From positions 64,001 to 128,000 of the forward strand of contig CAYSHM010000006.1 of NCBI GenBank assembly GCA_964430885.1: DNA of 64,000 bases. The letters run 5' to 3'. This DNA comes from an uncultured archaeon. GTDB lineage: Archaea; Thermoplasmatota; Penumbrarchaeia; JASLWR01. The notes under the pieces were generated by a model, which did no database searches, was not told where the DNA came from, and saw only the letters and a list, made by a program, of their open reading frames with translations. Position 1 is the stretch's first letter. Each line of letters starts with the position of its first letter. A program made the position numbers and the translations under genes. Of this stretch, positions 39,700 to 50,347 are shown one piece after another.

Positions 39700-39968
39700 T
39701 GTATAATTCCCCCTTTGTAAGGTTGCTTATAATATCATATCGACACATTATCATATTATTCAGTGCGTTCTATTTAGATATGAATTGTGCTATATATTAT
39801 TTCTCTTGTATTTATTTATTCCGCTGTTACTCTATTACTGTACACCACCATGGTTTATGAATAATAATCAGTTTTTTTTTATTCCTTCAATGGTCTATTG
39901 TTGAATGCAATTATTCAGATGTGATTGGTAAACCACATAGGAGCTAACGATTTCAGTTTCAATTGGTT

Positions 39969-42900
39969 CTATTGGCGAGGCGGACGGGGAGGTAAATTAT
40001 CACTGCTGTTTTCAGTAGGCTCTTCTTCATTGGCCAGATCGCCCGTGAGCTCCTCCTCTTCGGATGACGGCCCATTCTCTTCTCCGTCGGTCCCTTCAGC
40101 AGTCCCTTCCTGGTTATCCATACTGCTCCTGTTATCATCAAATTCATCCTCTGCTTCGAATTCATCCTCTGCTTCGAATTCATCCTCTTGAAGCACTTCT
40201 TCCTCCAACATCCTATCCTCGGTTTTCCCCTTGTCCTCCTTTTTGGTTTTCATTATGTAAATGGCCATGGCGGTCCCTACTCCTAGAATGAGAATCACTA
40301 AAGCTATCAATATAATCCAGAGAGTAGTATTTCCCGAACCGGGATCCTTGTCCGAATCGTCATCGTCATCATCTGATGCAGAACCGAAATATGATGTTGG
40401 AAAGGAATCAATATTGTGCTTCCATGTCTTTGTTTTTCCGTCATACTCGGCAGTTATCTCGGTTCCATCTGGTATGCCGGTATATCCAATTAGGCTGAAT
40501 GTAACCTTTCCATCCTTACCAGTGGTACCAGCATAGTCCCGATTTCCCAAACTGAACGTAACGATGACACCCTCAAGCGGTTTGCTTCCATCCATGAAAG
40601 GTCCCATTTTAACATCGGCGCCTGATATATCAAGATACATGTCTCCCAGATCCACATCTGCACCTTCTATCTTGAAGGATATTGTTTTGTCATCATAACC
40701 ATCAGCAGATAGGACAAGATCATATGAACCGTTGGGTAGTGATGCAGTGAACACACCATTGGTATCAAGGGTGATATTGATTCTATCCTGACCTTTTGTT
40801 ATATAACCCTGGGCATTGACTGGGGCAACCTTTCCGCCAACGGAATACTTGGTCAAGGCGGTTGTAGTGAATTGGAATGTGAGGTCACTGTCCAATTCTT
40901 GACCGTCAATGTCTTTTACACCTTGGAGGTCTATCTGATAGATAGTATCCTCTTCGAAACCATCTTTTGGTGTGAAGGTGAAATTGTATTTATCGATCCA
41001 TGTGCTTCCTTGGATGAAGGGAGTGATAATGACGGTGTCACCCAGAGTGAAAGAAGTGTAATCCATCATTTTAGTGAATTCGACTATTATGGTAGAATTG
41101 AGCGGTATGTCGACACTTCCGTCCAATGGGTAAGTTGTAACAACCATTGGCAGCTCTAATTCCACAACAGATAGAGCGTATTCAGAATCAATGGTATAGG
41201 TTGAGGAACCGTCATCCACAAGTACCTGAAGGTAGTATCTCCCGATCTCCAGATCCGATGTGTTCCACGAATAACTTTCCTCGAATGGATCAAGATATGA
41301 CAGTAAGAACAAAGTTGTGTTATCTCTCTCTTCATAATAATAAAGGGTAAGGTTTGTATCAGAAATTGGACCCGGATCTCCGCCTATATTCAAATGGACA
41401 ATGAATTTCTCCTTTCCTTCATATATGGTAAAATTTTCATCTTTTAATGAATCGAATTGGAAGGTGAATGGCACCGGCGGAGCAGTTACCTCTCCGGGAC
41501 TCACAGCTCCTATCTTCCAGTCATCCTTTGAATTGGTGTCGAGATAATTCACTCCCGCTCCTCCGGTCAATCTGCTGAGGCTCTGTCCCTGGGAAATGTT
41601 GGTCACATTGATACATGACGAAGTTAGATTGTTATCCCAGTCGGCCCCGTCTCTCAGTGAACTGATATCCAATATTTCATGGGCGGTCAAGGTTCCCTCC
41701 GACTGCCAGGCTACAGCATCATGAACCAAATCTTCGGTATCTGCCAATATCACTTGGTCTCCGCCGGTACTTAGCACTCCATTGCTTGCGCTTGTATATA
41801 TGTCGATTATGCCGTCGCCATTCCCTTCCATGCTGCCGTTTTCGCTCGCCATGGTATCATTGTTAAAGTGTATGAGCAGATATTCATCACTAGCAATGAC
41901 AGTTCCATCGAAGAAATGGTCGGTATTCCCATCAATGTCATCTATCCACCATCCTGTTATATCCGCACCATCCCCCAGATTTCCATCATCCACGCAGAAA
42001 ATCTCAACCCAATTATCACCTGTTTCCGGTTTGAACATGACCTCCGTTATAAGCAGGATAGGTTCAGGTGCTGGCTCGGCAATCGTTATTGTAAACAAAC
42101 TGCTGAATCTTGGCTGATTTGTTCCATCCTCGGCAGCAATCCTGAACTTAATAACACTTCCCAATGCCTGCCCGGGGATACTTGCACACCAGTTATTATC
42201 TCCTGCTATTTCATCTATCCCCGTTCCATCATCCTTCATAATTATTTCATTTTGGTCAGCATCATTGAGGGTCCAGTTGATCACAGCCCTTGTCACACTC
42301 ACATCGTCAGTGATCCTTGCTGAGATGTTCAGATCTGTCATTGGGGCAAGTGTATGATTGTCGGGTAAAGGATCAAGAATAATATCAGTTATCAATGGCA
42401 GCTCATCGGCCAGGTCTCTGAAGATTCCGGGTTCGGGAATTTCAAGTATATGCCAGTCGTTTCTGGAGTTTGAGTCTGTTTCTCCTCTGCTCCTGGTTAT
42501 ACTGAAACCCGCGGATATATTATCCGAATCCACGCAGGCACCTGTGTTGTTGGCATCCCACTGGCCCTTAGCAACAGTATAATTCAGGTCGTCCTTTTCA
42601 CCTGCTGAGAGAGTATCATTATAAGCCCAGCACACAGCGTCCATTAGGAATCCGTCCTGATCAAAAAGTATTACTTGATCCCCCTGATAGCTAAGGCGGG
42701 TATTGCTCCCTTCAGTATATGTGTCCAGGATATTATCGCTGTTTCCGTCATCTACAGAAATCTCGTCTTCCATATCCGGGGAGTTGTAATGCATTAAGAG
42801 GATATCGCCTGTGTGAACCAAGGCATTGCCGAATGTTTTATCCCTGCTTCCGTCTTCATCATCAAGACCCCATCCAAGAATGGAATTCCCATTTCCGCTA

Positions 42901-44180
42901 TTACCGTCATCTACAACGTAGAGTTCTACCCAGTCATTTTCTCCCGAGTCTGCGTTGAAATAAACTTCTGTTATATTGATGGATGGCTTGGTGCCAGGTA
43001 GATAGTAGTAGGTGAAATTCTCCGTTGTTACTGAGTTGCCCTGATCGTCCACTGCAGTCATGTTGTATTGGATAGGTACACCTATACCCATCTGTCCTGC
43101 ATCATAATCAATGGTATATGAATAATTGTCACCGGCAGAAAAGCTCATCAGGTTTACAGAAGGGTTTCCATTATTGATCACTACTGTTATGTTCACATGG
43201 TCTATGCTTCCGTCATCGGTGACATTTACCTCTACATCCACATCTGTACCTGGCTCAGGATTGCCAACGGGGTCCTGGCTTATAGAGTTGAATGTTGGAA
43301 TGGATTGTGTAGGCTGGCTGATAACGGGATCTGCAGGGTTGTTCGATTCCCAGCTTGTGGTGAGGTTCTCGGTTGTTTCATCATGTCCGGTGATTCCGTT
43401 TCCATTGTTGCCTACCTCCTCAGGTTCCGCTGGAATATTTACCCTTTTATATGATTTTCCAAGATCATGTACAGATGTGTTTATCCGGATAGATGTGTTC
43501 CCATCAGCATTATAGGCCGAGGGATTACCATCGCCATCGGTATCGCTGTCTATACTCACTCCGGTCTTGTCAATTTTATAACCTTCATCATCACCCCACC
43601 ATACAATGTCTACATCGCTTACAAGATCGCTAATCCCGTCCCAGTAGAACATAACCACGGTCTCGTGATCATTTGTCAGACCGGCCGTTCCTCCTATGTC
43701 AACATCAATCATATTAGGTACCCCGCTAGAATCAATCATCTCATAATTGGGATTCTTTCCGAATTCTGCTAGGAAATCACTGCCGTCGAAAGCTACCACC
43801 ATATAATCCCCGACTCCAATGCTGGTTCCTTGGGGGAACCGGCATATGAAATCGTAACCGCCCGCGTTTGCTGAATTATCTACAATTCCATAGTAATCCA
43901 CGATGTCAGCCAGATAGTAATTGGATAGGTCAATTGGGCCGCCTGTGGGATTATGGATCTCAATGAACTCCTTGACAGTTGGAGTGACGCATACCTCGGA
44001 AAGTACCAGATGGTCTGCATTTATTCTCGATCCTCCGCCTTCAGCCTGGACTCCGTATGGCCCCAATAGGGACAAGAACGGAGCACTCAGAAGGGTACAG
44101 AATAATAATAATACAGGGAGTTTCCGAAATCTATTCTTCCTGTTATTTTTTGAATTATTTCTTTTTAACATATTGAACAC
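39969..44180 (-). CDS. Surface protein with three lamin-tail-like domains, Ig-like domains and C-terminal TM anchor
   Basis: Repeats HLVLSEV...EFIEIHNP, INITEVYF...DWVELY and LLITEVMF...NWVEIF. Big_5-like VVTTYPLDG...IIVEF. TM helix followed by an acidic tail. Confidence 0.75.
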   Translation of the reverse strand: MFNMLKRNNSKNNRKNRFRKLPVLLLFCTLLSAPFLSLLGPYGVQAEGGGSRINADHLVLSEVCVTPTVKEFIEIHNPTGGPIDLSNYYLADIVDYYGIVDNSANAGGYDFICRFPQGTSIGVGDYMVVAFDGSDFLAEFGKNPNYEMIDSSGVPNMIDVDIGGTAGLTNDHETVVMFYWDGISDLVSDVDIVWWGDDEGYKIDKTGVSIDSDTDGDGNPSAYNADGNTSIRINTSVHDLGKSYKRVNIPAEPEEVGNNGNGITGHDETTENLTTSWESNNPADPVISQPTQSIPTFNSISQDPVGNPEPGTDVDVEVNVTDDGSIDHVNITVVINNGNPSVNLMSFSAGDNYSYTIDYDAGQMGIGVPIQYNMTAVDDQGNSVTTENFTYYYLPGTKPSINITEVYFNADSGENDWVELYVVDDGNSGNGNSILGWGLDDEDGSRDKTFGNALVHTGDILLMHYNSPDMEDEISVDDGNSDNILDTYTEGSNTRLSYQGDQVILFDQDGFLMDAVCWAYNDTLSAGEKDDLNYTVAKGQWDANNTGACVDSDNISAGFSITRSRGETDSNSRNDWHILEIPEPGIFRDLADELPLITDIILDPLPDNHTLAPMTDLNISARITDDVSVTRAVINWTLNDADQNEIIMKDDGTGIDEIAGDNNWCASIPGQALGSVIKFRIAAEDGTNQPRFSSLFTITIAEPAPEPILLITEVMFKPETGDNWVEIFCVDDGNLGDGADITGWWIDDIDGNTDHFFDGTVIASDEYLLIHFNNDTMASENGSMEGNGDGIIDIYTSASNGVLSTGGDQVILADTEDLVHDAVAWQSEGTLTAHEILDISSLRDGADWDNNLTSSCINVTNISQGQSLSRLTGGAGVNYLDTNSKDDWKIGAVSPGEVTAPPVPFTFQFDSLKDENFTIYEGKEKFIVHLNIGGDPGPISDTNLTLYYYEERDNTTLFLLSYLDPFEESYSWNTSDLEIGRYYLQVLVDDGSSTYTIDSEYALSVVELELPMVVTTYPLDGSVDIPLNSTIIVEFTKMMDYTSFTLGDTVIITPFIQGSTWIDKYNFTFTPKDGFEEDTIYQIDLQGVKDIDGQELDSDLTFQFTTTALTKYSVGGKVAPVNAQGYITKGQDRINITLDTNGVFTASLPNGSYDLVLSADGYDDKTISFKIEGADVDLGDMYLDISGADVKMGPFMDGSKPLEGVIVTFSLGNRDYAGTTGKDGKVTFSLIGYTGIPDGTEITAEYDGKTKTWKHNIDSFPTSYFGSASDDDDDDSDKDPGSGNTTLWIILIALVILILGVGTAMAIYIMKTKKEDKGKTEDRMLEEEVLQEDEFEAEDEFEAEDEFDDNRSSMDNQEGTAEGTDGEENGPSSEEEELTGDLANEEEPTENSSDNLPPRPPRQ
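40141..40188. repeat. 18-bp tandem repeat, about 2.7 copies
   Basis: AATTCATCCTCTGCTTCG twice plus AATTCATCCTCT. It encodes EDEFEA repeats in the acidic tail of the minus-strand CDS. Confidence 0.9.
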
Positions 44181-44347
44181 CTGATAGAAATTACTAGAAT
44201 CACATTTAAATTGTTTTGGTGGGTAAATAACAGCTTTATGAAAAAACCTTTCCTAAAAAATGGGTATATATAGATAAAAAGTTTGAAAAGATCCGAGCAG
44301 CGCAATCAGTGTATAGTGATAAATAGATAAATATGGCAATTCAGCGA

Positions 44348-47300
44348 TTAAGCCGGAATCAGAGTAGGCATGGAGGGTATTGCTTCTTCGTCATTTACAT
44401 CATCGATTTTCTCACCTTCCGTTTTACCGCCCTTTTTTCCCTCATCCTCTTCATCTGCCGGCTTCACATCCTCTCCTGATTCCTCACCGTCCATACCTTC
44501 TTCACCATCCTTTTCTGACCCGCTATCTCCTGCCCTTTCTTCGGTGACTGCTTCCCTGTTTTCATCCCCTCCTTTCTTATCTTCAGCCTCTTCTTCTCCT
44601 TGATCACCTATCTCTACTTTTTCAGGTTCTGCTTCATCCTCCTTTTTGGACTTGACAGCATAGATTACCATTGCCAAAGCAACAATAATGATCAGCGCCA
44701 TCAGAATGATCAAAATGGTCCAGAGGGTCTTGTTACCCTCTTTGTTTCCCGATGCTTCCCGATTTTCAAATGCATCATAGGGATTTTCATTCCCCCAGGT
44801 CCATTCCACCTTATCCTCTTCATATCTGCCGTATATTTTCACACCGTCGGGCAAGCTTTCCATTTCAAGCCAGAAGACAGCTTTCCCATCATTACCGGAG
44901 GTATTTTCATAATAGGTGTCATTCAGTGTGAACCATACCCTTACGCCCTTTAGGGATTCACCATCCATTAGGAAAGGACCGATCTCTACTTTGAATTTCT
45001 TGGGCGGCTTAACAGTTTTCTGAAGAACGATATCGTCTAATATCATATCCAGTCCGTTTACAAAAAAGGTATCCACATGTGTTGTGTATCCCGGAGAACT
45101 GATCACTATATCGTGGGACCCGTTCACGAGACGTATCTCGAAAGTATCCTTGTCAACATCTATTTCCTCTCCGTCTATCTCAACTGTGGAAGTTTCGGGA
45201 GAAATGCTGCCTTTCACATTGAATGTCGGCTGCACCTCGGTTTTGAACGTGAAGTGGTATTCATCTAAAAGCAACCGTCCCTTATTGCTCTCGACATCCT
45301 TGATAGTAATACTGTAAAGGGTATCATAATCCAGGTTATTACTTGGGTCGAATATCACCTTAACATCATCTTCCAGAGAGAAGCTCCCTTGGACAGTGGG
45401 GGTTATGATGAAAGTAGTCCCGAGGATAAATGAATCCCGATCTATAGCCCTGTCAAACTCAACGGCAATATCCACGTTCACCGGTAATCTGTTTCCTCCA
45501 TCAGCAGGCCAGCTGCTGACAATCTCAGGGGGATAGACTGGAACATGAACAATGACCAGGGGATGATCTGTAATCTTCTCTATCTGGCAATAGCTGGAAT
45601 AGTTCACTTTTCCAATTAGGAAATAACTGCCGTTCACCACCTCGGCGGTATTCCAAAGGTAATTCTGCTCCTCGGGGATCGCGTCAGCGATCTTAACAGG
45701 GGTTGAATTACCCTTTCGGTAGAACAGTTCAAATGATAGTTGATCATTTACCCTTGGGGCTTTCCATTCCCAATTAATACGGTAGGACTTATCCGCGTTA
45801 TCGCTTGAATTGGTAAGTACTGTGAAGTTGAAATCAGGGGGCGGGGAATGTCCGCCCATTCCCGGGGAAGGTATGTTGTCCAGATACCAGTCGTCCTTTG
45901 TGTCGGTATCTATGAATAAATTCTGCGAATGATGATATCTTCTAGCGACCGATATACCGTCATCAATACCGGTAAGATTGAAACATCCTGTGATTACTGA
46001 GGAGTTCCAGGCATTTTCATGTTTAAGCTCTTCCATATCCGTTATTTCACCAGATTTTAATGTCCCATCCCTCTGCCAAGCTATGGCATCCATTATGATA
46101 TCATCCTCATTGTATAAGACAAGCTGGTCCCCGGTAGTCGCCATTATTCCGCTGGATGCGTCAGTATAAAGATCGATTATTCCATCATCGTTCCCACCAG
46201 TAGCGTTTCCTTCATCCACACTCACATCATCATCGAAATGGATCAGTAAATAATCGCCGGTTCTCACCAGAGTTGCGCCAAATTCATACCTCGTACTTTC
46301 CATATCCGTCAATTCCCAATCCAAAAGGATATTGCCGTCTCCGCTGTTTGCATCATTGGCACAGTAGAGCTCCACCCAATCCTCTCCTGCTTCGGGTTCA
46401 AGCATGATTTCAGTAATAATTATCTCCGGGTATTGGAAGAATAGGTAGTTGTAATCATTGGAAAAGGTGATCTGACCGCCGATATCCCTGGCCATCAATT
46501 TGAAGATGATAGATGTTCCCAATTCCTTTCCAGGAATGACGCATGTCCAGATATTATCATCCGCGGATATGTCCGCACCAGCGCCATTGTTCTCAAGGAG
46601 AATGTTAGGTTGATTAATACCTTCAAGAGACCAAATCAGTTCAGCGCTATCCAGTTCCAGTTCATCGGTAATATTTACCTCTAGAGTGATATTTGTATTG
46701 GGTTTCAATATTCCCATCTCCGCTTCAGGAGTCAATATCACCTCACCGATAAAAGGCGCCAGGTCGGATTTATTGAAAGGCGTACCGGGATTGGGTCTAT
46801 CCATTATGTACCAATCATTTTTGGTATTCGAATCCTGCTCATCCACGCTCCTGGAAATACTTTTACCGTCTTCCACCGATTCCGAATCAACACAATCCTG
46901 ATAATTTTTTGAATCCCAATGTCCCAGATCGAAAGTTACATTCAGGTCTTCCTCTTCGCTTCCTTCCAGCTCACCGGGCCCCGCCCAGCAAACCGCATCT
47001 AAGACCATTCCATCTGGATCGTACAACAGAAGCTGATCCTCAGAGTCGTCCAGCCTGGTGTTGGTAGCTTCAGAGTAAGTATCAAGTATCATATCATTGT
47101 TTCCGTCAGTGGCGTTCCACTCGTCCATTGAATCACTGTTAAAATGAACCAGAACACTTTCACCTGTTCTAACCAGTATATTCCCGAAAACCTTATCCAT
47201 TTCACCCTCGAGGTCATTGGTTCCCCAATTCATTAAGGTATTGCCAAGTCCCAAGTTGTTATCATCCAAACATAGAAGCTCTACCCAGCAGTCTGTAAGT

Positions 47301-48559
47301 TTCCATCCGCTGGCCTCATTATCAGGTTTGAACATTACTTCATGTATAAGCATATCGGGGTAAACAGCAGGTAGATAATAGTAAACCATATCTCCGCTCC
47401 GGGTCACATTGCCATGGTCATCTTCTGCTGATATATTATATTTCACTGAAGTTGCCCGTTCCATGATCGCTTCATTCCATACCAGGACATATCCGTAGGT
47501 GGCATTCTCTATGAATATCATTGGATATGATTGATAAGGTTTTCCGTCAATGGATATGTTGATCTCCACGCCGGTGACACTTCCTTCATCAATAACGGTG
47601 GCCAGAAATGTCACATTTTCGCCCAGACCCGGATTATCTCCAACAGGTGTTTTTTTCAGGGATGTCATGATAGGGGGCCCCCCCACGGGACTGGTTACAG
47701 TCGGATTTGCCGTGATGTTTCTCCAGAAAGAAATGGTGAGGTTCTCAGTTGTCTCATCATGTCCAGTCTTTCCATTGCCGCCGGCAGGTATCTCTTCAGC
47801 CTCCTCCATGGGGGCTATTCTAGTGAAGGAATTATCCTCTGGATGGGCCGATGTGTGAATGGGAGGAAAGGTTGAAGCATCGTTGGCATAGGTACTTTCG
47901 TCAAGATCCCCGTCAAGGTCAGAATCGATGCTTACTCCGCTCTTGTCAACCTTGTAATCCTCATCATTCCCCCACCAAACTATATCTACATCCCTTACAA
48001 GGTCCATGACACCGTCCCAATAAAATAGTACAAGGGTTTCACCCGAATCGGTTAGGGATGCACTTCCGCCTATAAATCCCCGTGTTTCATTCATTCTAGG
48101 GCTGAAACCTTCCTGAAGTATATAATTCGGCCTTATGCTGTAGGCATCTATGAAGCCCACCTCGTCGAAGGCGATTATCTGATGCTCCCAAGGGGATATG
48201 GTACTATCCGTGGGAAATGACGCTATGAAATCCGTGGCCAATTGCTGGTTGAATCCCAGGAGCAAGTTGGTGATGTTGTAATAATCGGTAATGTCCGCGA
48301 TATAATAATTGTCTAAGGAAATTGTATTATCAGTGGGATTCATTATCTCTATGAATTCCAAATTCCCGGGTTTCACCTTTACTTCGTTGATCACCAGGTG
48401 GTCCATCAAGGCCCTTGCATCGTTCTTTGCTTCTCCGTTCCTCTCTGAAAAAGCGACATTGGACGCGGAAAAACAATTCACCAGCAGAAATAATGTCATC
48501 AGCATTATTGCACTTCTTGTTGGGCGAATACCTATATTTTTTACAGATGGACTTTTCAT
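44348..48559 (-). CDS. Surface protein with three lamin-tail-like domains, paralogue of 39969-44180
   Basis: Same domain order and shared motifs, e.g. DVDIVWWG.DE.YK.DK.GVSIDSD.DGD and GNG.TGHDETTENLT. Confidence 0.75.
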   Translation of the reverse strand: MKSPSVKNIGIRPTRSAIMLMTLFLLVNCFSASNVAFSERNGEAKNDARALMDHLVINEVKVKPGNLEFIEIMNPTDNTISLDNYYIADITDYYNITNLLLGFNQQLATDFIASFPTDSTISPWEHQIIAFDEVGFIDAYSIRPNYILQEGFSPRMNETRGFIGGSASLTDSGETLVLFYWDGVMDLVRDVDIVWWGNDEDYKVDKSGVSIDSDLDGDLDESTYANDASTFPPIHTSAHPEDNSFTRIAPMEEAEEIPAGGNGKTGHDETTENLTISFWRNITANPTVTSPVGGPPIMTSLKKTPVGDNPGLGENVTFLATVIDEGSVTGVEINISIDGKPYQSYPMIFIENATYGYVLVWNEAIMERATSVKYNISAEDDHGNVTRSGDMVYYYLPAVYPDMLIHEVMFKPDNEASGWKLTDCWVELLCLDDNNLGLGNTLMNWGTNDLEGEMDKVFGNILVRTGESVLVHFNSDSMDEWNATDGNNDMILDTYSEATNTRLDDSEDQLLLYDPDGMVLDAVCWAGPGELEGSEEEDLNVTFDLGHWDSKNYQDCVDSESVEDGKSISRSVDEQDSNTKNDWYIMDRPNPGTPFNKSDLAPFIGEVILTPEAEMGILKPNTNITLEVNITDELELDSAELIWSLEGINQPNILLENNGAGADISADDNIWTCVIPGKELGTSIIFKLMARDIGGQITFSNDYNYLFFQYPEIIITEIMLEPEAGEDWVELYCANDANSGDGNILLDWELTDMESTRYEFGATLVRTGDYLLIHFDDDVSVDEGNATGGNDDGIIDLYTDASSGIMATTGDQLVLYNEDDIIMDAIAWQRDGTLKSGEITDMEELKHENAWNSSVITGCFNLTGIDDGISVARRYHHSQNLFIDTDTKDDWYLDNIPSPGMGGHSPPPDFNFTVLTNSSDNADKSYRINWEWKAPRVNDQLSFELFYRKGNSTPVKIADAIPEEQNYLWNTAEVVNGSYFLIGKVNYSSYCQIEKITDHPLVIVHVPVYPPEIVSSWPADGGNRLPVNVDIAVEFDRAIDRDSFILGTTFIITPTVQGSFSLEDDVKVIFDPSNNLDYDTLYSITIKDVESNKGRLLLDEYHFTFKTEVQPTFNVKGSISPETSTVEIDGEEIDVDKDTFEIRLVNGSHDIVISSPGYTTHVDTFFVNGLDMILDDIVLQKTVKPPKKFKVEIGPFLMDGESLKGVRVWFTLNDTYYENTSGNDGKAVFWLEMESLPDGVKIYGRYEEDKVEWTWGNENPYDAFENREASGNKEGNKTLWTILIILMALIIIVALAMVIYAVKSKKEDEAEPEKVEIGDQGEEEAEDKKGGDENREAVTEERAGDSGSEKDGEEGMDGEESGEDVKPADEEDEGKKGGKTEGEKIDDVNDEEAIPSMPTLIPA

Positions 48560-48795
48560 GCTAACAGACTCCTATTTCATATAGTGAATTAATAATTACA
48601 TAATTCTATGATTACAATAAGTATCGAATTATTCGCAATTATCTATTCCATATTCATTATATTTCAACATAATTCAAAGTATGAAATAGATATAAAACAC
48701 TTTTTGGATTAAAATCAATAAATTATTTGATAGATCATCAACAGGAAATACTGATAATGGTCCGGAGGCAATCCCGTCTGGATGGTTATTATACA

Positions 48796-50121
48796 TCAGC
48801 AATTATTCTGGACAAAATCACCAATAATGGTTTCCAGAGGCACACCGCTGACCTGGACAAGCTCATAGTTGATCTTGACGACCTTTTTCTTTATATCCAA
48901 TATTTTTCCAAGGTCCAGTGGGGTTCCCTGAATAACAACATCAGCATCAGAGAAATTGATAGTATCCTCAAGTTCCTTCCTCTGGACATCGCTGTATCCC
49001 ATAGCAGGCAGTATCTGTTCCAGGTGCGGAAACTTCTCAAATGTAGCCTTAATCGAACCGACAGCGAATTTTCGGGGATCTATCAATTCACCCACACCCA
49101 TCCTCTTTGCATAGATGAACCCGGCACCGAAGGGCATGTTACCGTGTGTAACGCTTGGTCCGTCCTCTACAACAAGAACCCTCTTGTTCAGCAGGCTTTC
49201 CATCTTTTCGGACCCTACTGATGAGGCAGCCTCTATCACCAGGGCTTTGGGATTGATCTTTCTGATATTGTCCCTGACCCTTTCGATATCCTCAAGATCA
49301 GCAGAAACCACCTTGTTGATAATCACAATGTCAGCAAGCCTTAGGGATATCTCTCCTGGATAGTGACCCACTTCATCTCCGGCTCTCAGCGGATCAAGCA
49401 CTGTCATATACAGGTCAGCATGGTAGAACGAAAAATCATTGTTCCCTCCGTCCCAGATGACAATATCCGCTTCTTTTTCCGCCTGCCTGAGAATGGCCTC
49501 ATAGTCAACCCCTGCATACACTATGGTATTGTTCTCAATATGGGGTTCATATTCCTCCCTTTCCTCAAAGGTGCAATCGTGATCCTCAAGATCCTGATAT
49601 GTTTCGAATCTTTGAACCCGCATTGCTTCAAGATCACCATATGGCATGGGATGGCGGATGACCGCTACCTTCTTGCCCAATCCTCTCAGTATATTCACGA
49701 TTGTTCTGGAAGTCTGGCTCTTGCCGCATCCCGTCCTAGTGGCACAGATGGCGATTAAGGGTTTCAGGGATTTCACCATTGTGTTCTTGGTTCCCATGAG
49801 TTTGAAATCCGCTCCGGCGGTATTGACGATGGAGGCAATTCTGATGACTTCTGCTGCCGGCAGGTCGCTGTAGGCAAGTATACATTCATCGATATCATTT
49901 TCCCCGATTAACTCCGGCAGGTTTTCCTCGGGCACGATAGGTACCCCGTTTGGATATAGCTCACCTGACATTGATGCCGGAAACATCTTATCGTCGATGA
50001 AGGGTATCTGTGTGGCTGTGAATGCAACCACCTCGTAATCTCTATTATCCTTGAAATGCGTCAGGAAATTATGAAAATCCCTTCCAGCGGCTCCCAGTAT
50101 GATTACCTTTTTTCGTACCAT
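48796..50121 (-). CDS. COG2403 P-loop NTPase (cyclic 2,3-diphosphoglycerate synthetase-like / arginine synthetase ArcE-like)
   Basis: ILGAAGRDFHNF, FTATQIP, ATRTGCGKSQT, RHPMPYG, EEREEYEPH and WDGGNND motifs. Confidence 0.8.
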   Translation of the reverse strand: MVRKKVIILGAAGRDFHNFLTHFKDNRDYEVVAFTATQIPFIDDKMFPASMSGELYPNGVPIVPEENLPELIGENDIDECILAYSDLPAAEVIRIASIVNTAGADFKLMGTKNTMVKSLKPLIAICATRTGCGKSQTSRTIVNILRGLGKKVAVIRHPMPYGDLEAMRVQRFETYQDLEDHDCTFEEREEYEPHIENNTIVYAGVDYEAILRQAEKEADIVIWDGGNNDFSFYHADLYMTVLDPLRAGDEVGHYPGEISLRLADIVIINKVVSADLEDIERVRDNIRKINPKALVIEAASSVGSEKMESLLNKRVLVVEDGPSVTHGNMPFGAGFIYAKRMGVGELIDPRKFAVGSIKATFEKFPHLEQILPAMGYSDVQRKELEDTINFSDADVVIQGTPLDLGKILDIKKKVVKINYELVQVSGVPLETIIGDFVQNNC

Positions 50122-50347
50122 AATATCAGTCTCTCTATTTTTTAAAATTATTTGCTTCAGGGTGACTCGGTTAGATCAGGCATTAATACAAAAATAAAAA
50201 AATTTTATTGTATTCCCCTTCGGTTTGTCTTTTGGGAAATGGTTAATCATATAACAAATTAATCCCGAATTTGATTCATTAAAAAAAGGGGATATTACTA
50301 AGAGAACTTATTGAGCGATTCGAAGACGAAGGTATAGAAGTGAAATA

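Noticed and set aside
40141-40188. Short direct repeats as a possible CRISPR array
   Set aside because: These are contiguous 18-bp in-frame coding repeats with no spacers, and no cas genes are present in the window.
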